In this document: one piece after another, positions 1 to 7,871 of the stretch
Numbering within the stretch: position 1 is the first letter of the stretch
How the letters are laid out: each line of letters starts with the position of its first letter
Source: a virus
DNA length: 64,000 nt
Virus record (IMG/VR): IMGVR_UViG_3300023179_009086
Coordinates: 1 to 64,000 of that record
Direction: 5' to 3' (one strand)
Program-made: the position numbers and the translations under genes
Notes under the pieces: generated by a model
Seen by the model: only the letters and a program-made list of their open reading frames with translations
Told to the model about the DNA's origin: nothing
Databases searched by the model: none

Positions 1-511
1 CTGCTTGATTAACTTTTTCTTTAAATTCTGGAGAATTATTGTATTTATTCTGAATGGAAGGAAACTTTCTTAGAGTAACTAGAGCTTCTTCAATAGGATG
101 AATTATTTCTTCAGGTTTCTTTTTATCCTCAATATATCTTAGGTAGAGCCAGGAGAGATAATCTTCGTTTAAGTTGGAAAGATCAATCTCAGCATATTTC
201 TCTTTAATTTTTTCAGATAATTCTTCAATTTTAGTTTTAGGCTTAGATTCAGTAGCTTCTTGAATTAATTTTTTTAATTCTTCAAAAGTAGGAGGTAGAG
301 GTGGATTTAAGTTTCCTTCTTCTAAAGTAGTATTTGGATCACTAGTTTTAATAAACTTGTTGTAGTACTGTACAGCTAGACCTGCAGCGGCTCTTTCACC
401 TGGATACTTGGAGATAAAGATAGTTCTTAAGGCATCCAAGTCTTTAGATTTGGTGGCAGCTAACTTAGTTAACAGATTGGAAAAATATAATTGTCTTTCA
501 GATTTTAACAT
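1..511 (-). CDS. Hypothetical protein, runs off the window edge (MLKSERQLYFSNLLTKLAATKSK...)
   Basis: ATG at 511-509 with GGAG just upstream. I read the frame open by hand for most of its length. It is missing from the ORF track, presumably because its stop lies outside the window. Confidence 0.7.
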   Translation of the reverse strand, partial: MLKSERQLYFSNLLTKLAATKSKDLDALRTIFISKYPGERAAAGLAVQYYNKFIKTSDPNTTLEEGNLNPPLPPTFEELKKLIQEATESKPKTKIEELSEKIKEKYAEIDLSNLNEDYLSWLYLRYIEDKKKPEEIIHPIEEALVTLRKFPSIQNKYNNSPEFKEKVNQA

Positions 512-606
512 TTTTGCTCCAAAACTAATTAAAACTTAATTATTAATAAGTTTTGAGACTTTATTTGATTCTTCTGATAAATTAAGATTTTTTAAAATCT
601 TTGCAA

Positions 607-1512
607 TTATCCTTCGCAGGCCAGGCATTCTGATCCATCTGCTAGTTGTTTTAGATCAATCTCTTCAATTATATTTCTTTCTATTTTTTGAGAAACTTTG
701 TCTGCTTTAATAATTTTTTCCGATCTGCAGTAATAAAGAGTTTTTAAACCTTTCTTCCATGCAGTAAAGTGTACCGCATGAAGATATTTAATTCCGGTAT
801 CGGGCTTGAAAAATACATTGACTGACTGCCCCTGATCAATGAACTGCTGTCTATCTGCCGCATGATCAATTACCCATCTTTGGTCAATTTCGATTGCTGT
901 CTTAAATACAGATTTTGTCCAATCATCAAAAATATCTAAACTTTGAATAGAGCCGCCACTTGAAATAATACTTGACCAAATATCTTGATAATCAAGTTTT
1001 GAGCTCTTAGAACACATATCTTTTATTATTTGATCTAGATACCTATTTTTATTCATATACGAACCTGACAGCGTATCCTGTCTGTAACAATTTGCTTTAA
1101 ACGGTTCTATAGAAGGCGAGGTATTTCCTAGAATAATTGAGGATGAGTTATGTGTCACCACCCCATTTTCAAGAACATAATCATGTGTCGTTGGAACTTC
1201 AATATCAAAAGTTGGCATAATTTCGCCTGTCGCCATCACAGATTCGACATACCAGCCATTTGTAAGCTCCATTCCTGAAATGAGCTCAACCACCTTAACC
1301 CAATCATGCTCTTTGGTTAGAAACTTATGATTTGCCGTACATCTTATAGAGAAGACGGACTCTCCCTTAATCATTATTAAATCAAGAACTTCCACATATC
1401 CGTTGAAATAAAATTTATTTACATCAGCAATCCCTTCCGATGTTTTTATAGAAATATTATTATCAGACTCAAACCATTGCGGCTGCTTCATCTTCACATT
1501 TTTAACTTTCAT
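607..1512 (-). CDS. nrdA: Ribonucleotide reductase class Ia alpha subunit, C-terminal fragment fused to a 122-aa C-intein
   Basis: After ...VVTHN the protein reads SSSIILGNTSPSIEP, QQFIDQGQSVN, GLKTLYYCRS (tyrosine pair) and a terminal CLACEG redox cysteine pair. Own AGGA SD 8 nt before the ATG. Confidence 0.93.
   Translation of the reverse strand: MKVKNVKMKQPQWFESDNNISIKTSEGIADVNKFYFNGYVEVLDLIMIKGESVFSIRCTANHKFLTKEHDWVKVVELISGMELTNGWYVESVMATGEIMPTFDIEVPTTHDYVLENGVVTHNSSSIILGNTSPSIEPFKANCYRQDTLSGSYMNKNRYLDQIIKDMCSKSSKLDYQDIWSSIISSGGSIQSLDIFDDWTKSVFKTAIEIDQRWVIDHAADRQQFIDQGQSVNVFFKPDTGIKYLHAVHFTAWKKGLKTLYYCRSEKIIKADKVSQKIERNIIEEIDLKQLADGSECLACEG
1147..1512 (-). mobile_element. C-terminal half of a split intein (122 aa) carrying blocks B, F and G
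   Basis: IRCTANHKFL (block B TxxH), TFDIEV (block F), NGVVTHN|S (block G, +1 Ser). Confidence 0.88.
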
Positions 1513-1536
1513 TGTTTATTTCCTAGTATTTTGCGT

Positions 1537-4500
1537 TTAATTTATTAATATAATTTCGTCATTTTCCATTAACTCTGATGCAATAATGGATATTTCTGAG
1601 CCATCCCTACTTACCTTTAGGCTTTGACCAATATGAATTTCTTTGGATGTGCCATCATCGAAGTCAACAGTAAGATACTCGAATGATTTCATGTCGACAC
1701 CAAGCTTGGCGCCTATATCGTCAAATGATATTGATTCTCCATCACTAGAAATAATCTTTGTATCAGAAGTTACGCAAGCATTTGGCGCAATCGCAAGGAT
1801 GTGACTAAATCTTTTTCCTGTTCCAACGGCATCGGGAGCTTCACCCCTTTCCTTTCCAAGCTCAAGGTCGGCAATATCTAATAAACCCCTAATTTGTTTA
1901 AACATTCTAATATTGGTTGATTTTGCCAAAGCACTTTCAAAAGGAATTCCTTTTTGCTGCAAATAAGCATGAAACCCAAGCGCCCCAATTCCTATAGACC
2001 TCTCTCTCATGGCGGAGAATTTAGCCCTTGATATTGACTCTGGAGCATTTTCAATAAAGTAAGTTAAAACATTGTCAAGCATTTCTGCAACATCTTTTAA
2101 GAAAAGAGGATCATCTTTCCACTGATCATATGTCTCTAGATTTAACGATGAAAGACAGCAAACCGCTGTTCTCTCATCTGATGTGGGAAGAATTATCTCC
2201 GAACAATTGTGTGTGATGACGCCATTACATACCCAGAGATGCTGGTCTGTATGAACTCCCACACAATAAACATCCTGTTTTCCCGCTGGTTCTATTTTTG
2301 TAATTTTTGAAGATTTTTCTGAATTATTTTCAAATTTATCGTTTGCAACATAAGGTGAGCCGACTATATGATTAATCTTGTAAATACTTGAATATTCGGA
2401 GATACAAACTGAGTTTGTATCGTCATCAATGTTTGATGTTACTCCAAGATTCGAAAGAATAAGTTGAAGGCTTGCAGCATCTTCTTTGAATGAGCAAATA
2501 CTTATTTTTGATACAAAGATATGCTTGTCAAAATCTATGGATGTAGATGATGACAAAATGATCTTGCTTATGTAAGAAATATGTGTTTGTTTATCTGAAT
2601 TCCAAAGCCAATTTGGAATCATCATGTTTTCTATTGAATGATTTTCTGAAAAGTACTCTCTTACTTTTTCTATATTATTCTGCGTTCCAAATACGCCCTC
2701 ATGTGACTGAATAAATATATCATCTCCGATGTTCAATTCTGAAAGTGCAATCGCTTCAACTTTTCCGTTCTTCTTTGCCAGAATCTTATGATACCCAGTG
2801 ACAGTATGAGTCATGCCATTGTCGAGAGTAACTTTGAATGTCTCTGCATTTCTCTCAATTAGATTCATCTTCGTGGACTTTACAGGGCCATCATTTGATG
2901 CAAGAATAAGATCCTCTCCAAGATCATAAAGCTCTTTTGCAGTCAACATTCCAAAATTAGTTGGGACTCTCTGATCTCCTGAGACGCAGAGATTACTCTG
3001 TCGAACTTGTAGGCCTTTACTTTTTAGAAAATCTGGGAGAAAGCGATTTGATGTATCGATAAAGTGAATGTATGGCTCTCCTGTCTGCATTCTCAGCTCT
3101 AAAATCTTTTGCCACAATTCTTTCGCAGACACAACCTCCTTCACCTGACCGGTGTGTGGCTCTTTTAGTTCCCATGAGTCATCAACATTAGGATCTATCA
3201 TAGATCTCTCAATAATCTTCATAAAACTATCAGATATATTTATTCCATGGTGGAGATTTAGACATCTCATGTTTTGATCGCCTGTTGGCTTTCTCATTTC
3301 AAGAAATATAGGAACGTCAGGATGAGAAATATCCAGATAAGCGGCGTAAGATCCTCTCCGTGTATTTCCGCAAACAATTGGCGTTTCTCCCGCTCTAACT
3401 ACAATCTTTCCGGTCCGGACCACACAACAATGGACCATTCCTTCATACTGAATATGTTCTTTTCTTAACTTTTCAAGAAGGAAGTAATTCTTACTCCCAA
3501 CAAAAACTGTATACATATCTTGCCTTGGCTTGTCTCTTTTTCTATGAAAGATTCTGCTCTGTCGGCCAGCAATTACAGAAAGCGCCTGAACAATCGATGC
3601 GTTTTCTTTTATAGTGCTAAAGTAAATAAAACTATGCTGCCTGTTTCTTGTTGCATCCCATTCCGCAATTTCTTCAAGCATGGCGGAGGCATCCTCTTGG
3701 GTAATTCTTGACAAATCAATCCAAGAGAGACTCTTTAGCCCATCAAAATTCATACCTTTAGCATAAACGCTAACAGTGCCGTCTAAATTGTTAGCCTGCC
3801 ATGTTTCCAAATCTAGATTTGATAGAATTTCTGTTATTCTTGAAATCTTTCTTTCTTTTTTTAGATGGAATTCACATACGCCGTCCGCCCTAATATGAGC
3901 ATCTGCCTGTATTGCAATTTTCAGGCGAGTAAGTGCATCTAGTTTGGATTGTGATCTAGACTTCTTTGCTGCGTTCCAGAACCTAACTTCATTATGAAAC
4001 TTCAATTCTGATGCACGAACCTTCTCTAGTTTTTTTGACCAGCCAGATTTAACTTTTCTCTCAACAACCATAGAGTGATCTTCCGTTACTGAAATTTCTA
4101 TTCCTCTAGTTTTGTTATAGAATTTGATTATATTCCCATTATATTTTTCAGATACTATTTCTAGTGGTTTTTCAAAACAGATTCCTCCATCATCATCGAT
4201 CACTGCAACATCGTCATTTTTAGTCAGTAGCTCCATAGGCTTCCAGCCTGAAGATGTCAGTATTTCTGTTCCGGGAACATAGCAATTCCCTTGTTTGAAA
4301 GCCAGGGATGAAGCATCATAAATCTTTAGGTGTGGCATAACACCAGTAGATTTGTCACCAGCCGACCTAATCCCAAAACCCAAACCAACGCCGCCGCCAA
4401 GCATTGATAACCAGTTTGTCTCAGAAAGAGTGTCTACCAGACCCTTGGCTGTATCAGGAATCCATGATAGAAAACAACTAATTGGTAAACCATACTTAGT

Positions 4501-4734
4501 TCTACCAAAGGACAGAATTGGGGTGGAATAGCTCAACCAATGCTTGCTAGCATAATCATAGAGTCTCTGGGCATGATCTTGATTTGAGGAGAATTGCTTT
4601 GAAACAAAAGCAAACCTCTGCTGTGGTGAGGTTTCTTCATCTCTCATGTATGATTCTTTTAACCTTTTTAGGCCTAACTCATCAAATAAAGAGTCTCTAC
4701 TATAATCTACATTAATTCCAAGATAACTAGACAT
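1537..4734 (-). CDS. nrdA: Ribonucleotide reductase class Ia alpha subunit, N-terminal fragment with two cis inteins and an N-intein
   Basis: STPILS, LPISCFL, GGGVG, QGN|TRRG, TGEPYI, SNL|CSEI, AVCCLSSLNL, ERSIGIGALG, AIAPNA. No ATP cone. The exteins sum to about 597 aa with the downstream fragment. Confidence 0.93.
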   Translation of the reverse strand: MSSYLGINVDYSRDSLFDELGLKRLKESYMRDEETSPQQRFAFVSKQFSSNQDHAQRLYDYASKHWLSYSTPILSFGRTKYGLPISCFLSWIPDTAKGLVDTLSETNWLSMLGGGVGLGFGIRSAGDKSTGVMPHLKIYDASSLAFKQGNCYVPGTEILTSSGWKPMELLTKNDDVAVIDDDGGICFEKPLEIVSEKYNGNIIKFYNKTRGIEISVTEDHSMVVERKVKSGWSKKLEKVRASELKFHNEVRFWNAAKKSRSQSKLDALTRLKIAIQADAHIRADGVCEFHLKKERKISRITEILSNLDLETWQANNLDGTVSVYAKGMNFDGLKSLSWIDLSRITQEDASAMLEEIAEWDATRNRQHSFIYFSTIKENASIVQALSVIAGRQSRIFHRKRDKPRQDMYTVFVGSKNYFLLEKLRKEHIQYEGMVHCCVVRTGKIVVRAGETPIVCGNTRRGSYAAYLDISHPDVPIFLEMRKPTGDQNMRCLNLHHGINISDSFMKIIERSMIDPNVDDSWELKEPHTGQVKEVVSAKELWQKILELRMQTGEPYIHFIDTSNRFLPDFLKSKGLQVRQSNLCVSGDQRVPTNFGMLTAKELYDLGEDLILASNDGPVKSTKMNLIERNAETFKVTLDNGMTHTVTGYHKILAKKNGKVEAIALSELNIGDDIFIQSHEGVFGTQNNIEKVREYFSENHSIENMMIPNWLWNSDKQTHISYISKIILSSSTSIDFDKHIFVSKISICSFKEDAASLQLILSNLGVTSNIDDDTNSVCISEYSSIYKINHIVGSPYVANDKFENNSEKSSKITKIEPAGKQDVYCVGVHTDQHLWVCNGVITHNCSEIILPTSDERTAVCCLSSLNLETYDQWKDDPLFLKDVAEMLDNVLTYFIENAPESISRAKFSAMRERSIGIGALGFHAYLQQKGIPFESALAKSTNIRMFKQIRGLLDIADLELGKERGEAPDAVGTGKRFSHILAIAPNACVTSDTKIISSDGESISFDDIGAKLGVDMKSFEYLTVDFDDGTSKEIHIGQSLKVSRDGSEISIIASELMENDEIILIN
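1540..1776 (-). mobile_element. N-terminal half of a split intein (79 aa)
   Basis: Starts CVTSDTKIISSDG (block A) right after APNA and ends at the TAA. No TxxH and no terminal HN. Confidence 0.85.
2206..2988 (-). mobile_element. Cis intein (261 aa) inserted at the thiyl-radical Cys of NrdA; endonuclease region probably degenerate
   Basis: SNL|CVSGDQRV ... TVTGYHKI ... DVYCV ... NGVITHN|CSEI. The central region has only remnant LAGLIDADG-like segments (IPNWLWNS, LQLILSNLGV). Confidence 0.9.
3364..4284 (-). mobile_element. Cis intein (307 aa) with a LAGLIDADG-like endonuclease domain
   Basis: QGN|CYVPGTEILT ... VTEDHSM ... IAIQADAH ... EIAEWDAT ... PIVCGN|TRRG. Penultimate residue is Gly, +1 is Thr. 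Confidence 0.9.
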
Positions 4735-4751
4735 TTTATTTCTCCGATCTA

Positions 4752-5291
4752 TTATGATTCTAATTCTGGATTATACTGTTCCGATATTTGTCCATCTTTC
4801 CAAATTCTAACTAAATTTGTTTCTTCAGAAAGTGTAAATACTGATATAACATCTTTTCTCATTGAAAATGAGGCTGCGCTTATATGTCTAGTTCCACATC
4901 CATCTGGAACATCCAAAATTGGATTATCTACTGTTAGATAAATCTTACTACCTAATATTTGTCCATCTCTATTGATAACTATAGATCCATCATTGTTCTC
5001 TTTTATAAGAGAATGAAATTCTTTTTCAAAGGAACTAATGGAAATATTTAAATATTTTTGAATTGGATTTAATCCAATTTGCCTCATTCCTGGCACAATA
5101 TGATCTCGGTAAAAATCAAAATTACCAAAAACTATTAGGCAGCCAATATTGGCTGCTGTTTTATGAGAGGAATTTGAAATCTCAATTAAAGAATTATAGA
5201 TCTTCTTTTCTACTTTTTGAAACTCTCTTGCAGAGTTAAATTGAAAAGAAAAATCTACAGATGATACCTTCTGTAAATCTTCTGTAGTCAT
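4752..5291 (-). CDS. Stand-alone diadenylate cyclase (DAC/DisA_N) domain protein
   Basis: IGCLIVFG, NDGSIVINRDGQI (DGA-like motif), GCGTRHISAA (RHR-like motif), LSEET..VRIWKDG. No TM segment or regulatory domain. Confidence 0.8.
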   Translation of the reverse strand: MTTEDLQKVSSVDFSFQFNSAREFQKVEKKIYNSLIEISNSSHKTAANIGCLIVFGNFDFYRDHIVPGMRQIGLNPIQKYLNISISSFEKEFHSLIKENNDGSIVINRDGQILGSKIYLTVDNPILDVPDGCGTRHISAASFSMRKDVISVFTLSEETNLVRIWKDGQISEQYNPELES

Positions 5292-5299
5292 TTGTTATC

Positions 5300-6682
5300 C
5301 TATCCGCTAAATCCATCCTCATCATAAGTAAGATGAACTTCTTCATTTTTAGCATTTATAGTCTGAATATTAATTGGATTTTTCCATATTTCATAAATAT
5401 ATTCACATACTTTTTCTATATGTTTGATATCCAAAGTTCCAATATGGGTACTTTCATGTTTTAATTGTAAAAATCCATCTTCCACACCGACGATGCTAAC
5501 CAGGGGTGCTCGATAGTCATAGAGATTTTTAACCAGGGACTCTGCAACATCATCTACATCAGTAGATACGACCTCTACTATTTCATCAAAATTATTTTTA
5601 TAATGTTTATAAGTAAACAACTCAAGTTCTTGTACTAATTCTTTAGTTAGATATCCTTTTACAAAAGAAATATCATCCTCTTCCTCTACTACTTCAAAAA
5701 CTTTTTGAAGTCCATTTATATTAGATTCTCCTTTTTGATATTTTTCATCCCATCTTTTTTTAATATCATTAAAAATAGAAAAACCCAAAAAATATGGATT
5801 AATATTTAATTTATTAGATCCAGGTTGAACTACTCTTTCATGTACTTTACAAAATTCTAAATGTTCTGATTGAGAAGTTAAATCAGTTTCATACATTAAA
5901 TCTGCATGGCAAAAACTTGCAAATCCTTCATTCATAATTTTTGTCATATATTGTGGATAAAAATAATAAGATTCTTCTCTAATTATTTCTAAAACATCTT
6001 TTTTCCATGATTCTAAATCTTTAGAATAATTTACCAAAAACCAAATAAGATCATATTCAGGATGTGGTGGAAAAGTGTCATTTAAAACATGCATTTTTTT
6101 AGAAGTAGCTGGAAGTCCGTGCATATCCGCAAATTCTCCATTGGAGATTTCTTTTATAAGAGTTCTTTTTTTTGGATATGGTTTTCTATGAATTCCTTTG
6201 TGCCAATCAATATGTTTATCTATTGCAAATCCTATATCCATTACTCTTTCTACTTCTTTTAAGCCATAATGAGCAATATACTCCTCTATTCTCTGAGCTC
6301 TTTCTGCAGCATGATAAACCATTTTATTATCTGTTTGTTTAAACAAAAAATTATTTTTAAAAAAATGAACATGTCCAAAAACATGGGCAGCTACCATTAG
6401 ATTAACAATATCTGAATTTGTATCTAATAAAAAAGCATAAGAAGGATCATTATTTAAAACTACTTCATAAATTTTTGAGTGTCCCATTTCTCCTTGCATT
6501 TTTTGATAATCATAAGATTGCCCATAAGACCAATGTCTAGCTCTAGTAGGTAATCCATAACTAACTACTTCTAACATTACTTCATTAGGAACTATTTCAA
6601 AATTAACTGGATAAAAGTTTAGTCCAAAATTTTTAGCCAATTTTTCCATTTCAACAATTTTTTCTGTTAATGTTTTAGACAT
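5300..6682 (-). CDS. spoVR: SpoVR/YcgB family protein
   Basis: GLPTRARHWSYG, IYEVVLNNDP, AHVFGHVHFFKNN, YFYPQYMTKIMNEGFASFCH, INPYFLGF. Start moved to the ATG at 6682 (GGA SD). Confidence 0.92.
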   Translation of the reverse strand: MSKTLTEKIVEMEKLAKNFGLNFYPVNFEIVPNEVMLEVVSYGLPTRARHWSYGQSYDYQKMQGEMGHSKIYEVVLNNDPSYAFLLDTNSDIVNLMVAAHVFGHVHFFKNNFLFKQTDNKMVYHAAERAQRIEEYIAHYGLKEVERVMDIGFAIDKHIDWHKGIHRKPYPKKRTLIKEISNGEFADMHGLPATSKKMHVLNDTFPPHPEYDLIWFLVNYSKDLESWKKDVLEIIREESYYFYPQYMTKIMNEGFASFCHADLMYETDLTSQSEHLEFCKVHERVVQPGSNKLNINPYFLGFSIFNDIKKRWDEKYQKGESNINGLQKVFEVVEEEDDISFVKGYLTKELVQELELFTYKHYKNNFDEIVEVVSTDVDDVAESLVKNLYDYRAPLVSIVGVEDGFLQLKHESTHIGTLDIKHIEKVCEYIYEIWKNPINIQTINAKNEEVHLTYDEDGFSG

Positions 6683-7871
6683 TTTTATCCTTTTTTGCAA
6701 TACCATCTATATTAAAAAACATTTTTAATGCATCAAAGACTTCATCTTTAGAATTTACTTTCATAGTTACAAATCTTGTTCTTTTAATTTTTTTCTTTAA
6801 AATATCATGAAGAGTATCATAACCAGATTTATTCCATTGAATTTCTCTATCATTAGGGGCTATCTCTCCGTACCCTATGGCAGTACATAGTGGCAATAAT
6901 TTTTCAATATATTTAATACAAAGATTATTGTCTTCTCCCCAATTATCACCATCAGAGAATTCAAAAACATAATTATTCCAATATTCAACAGGGTGATGAT
7001 TTTGTATATGTTCGTACGCTAATTTAAAAGCAGTACTACAATTTGTACCACCAGAGCTTGAGATTTTAAAAAATTCTTTTTCCTCTACAATAAAAGCTTT
7101 AGAATCGTGAGCTATAAAAACAAAATCTATTTTTTTATATCTTCTTTTTAAAAATTGAACCATCCAAAAATAAAAACTTTTGGCAATATAAGTTTTTTCG
7201 TTATTCATGGATCCACTTCGATCCATCATAATATATACTGCAGCATTAGAATGATATTCTCTAACAATATCATAATTTTTATATCTTAAATCATCTTGAT
7301 TAAAGTTTGCAATTTTGGCTTCACCTTTTGCAGCATTTCTTTTTAGATTTTGAAGAATAGTTTTTTTCAAATCTAAGTTAGGCATAATGCCTTTTTTATC
7401 AATTGATGCAAATTCTTCATTTTCAATTTCAATAACAGAAGTTTGTTTTGGCTCCATCCATGGAAGGTTGAGTTCTTCCAACATAATGTCTACCAATTCA
7501 TCTATTGTAACGTCTGCATCAAAAGTTCTTTCACCTTCTTTATTTCCAGCTCCATCTCCGCTGGATTCTTCTGGCTGGCCACTTTTTATTTTAAATTTAT
7601 CACCCTTACCAGCTTTAACACCCTGACCGGTAGCATCTTGAGAATTCAATTTGCCATATTTGATTTTATATTGATCAAGAAATCTGATGGGAACTTTAAT
7701 TTTTTTATCCCCATCGGATGTAATGATATTATATTCGGTAATAAGATCTTTGCCATTTTTACGAATGGCATCTTTTACCAACTCTTTATGTCTATCTGAG
7801 TCTCTCTTACCTCTTCTTTTTAGCTTCCAGATATCAGAGAGATTCTCAGAGGATTTGGAAGTAGAGCTCAT
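6675..7871 (-). CDS. yeaH: YeaH/YhbH (DUF444) vWA-domain protein
   Basis: DSDRHKELVKDAI, EELNLP, DDLRYK, MIDAS DRSGSM, SSGGT, FSDGDNW. Lies between prkA and spoVR. Confidence 0.9.
   Translation of the reverse strand: MSSTSKSSENLSDIWKLKRRGKRDSDRHKELVKDAIRKNGKDLITEYNIITSDGDKKIKVPIRFLDQYKIKYGKLNSQDATGQGVKAGKGDKFKIKSGQPEESSGDGAGNKEGERTFDADVTIDELVDIMLEELNLPWMEPKQTSVIEIENEEFASIDKKGIMPNLDLKKTILQNLKRNAAKGEAKIANFNQDDLRYKNYDIVREYHSNAAVYIMMDRSGSMNNEKTYIAKSFYFWMVQFLKRRYKKIDFVFIAHDSKAFIVEEKEFFKISSSGGTNCSTAFKLAYEHIQNHHPVEYWNNYVFEFSDGDNWGEDNNLCIKYIEKLLPLCTAIGYGEIAPNDREIQWNKSGYDTLHDILKKKIKRTRFVTMKVNSKDEVFDALKMFFNIDGIAKKDKNV

Noticed and set aside
539-550. TATTAATAA / CTATTA as a late-promoter motif (also at 38167-38176 and 51453-51462)
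   Set aside because: Only three loose, all-AT matches in a very AT-rich sequence; not distinguishable from chance without the full genome.
1513-1539. The nrdA split as a sequencing error or stop-codon readthrough (both ORFs share a frame)
   Set aside because: There are two in-frame TAA stops in 27 nt, a well-spaced AGGA SD for the second ORF, and intein-like termini on both sides.
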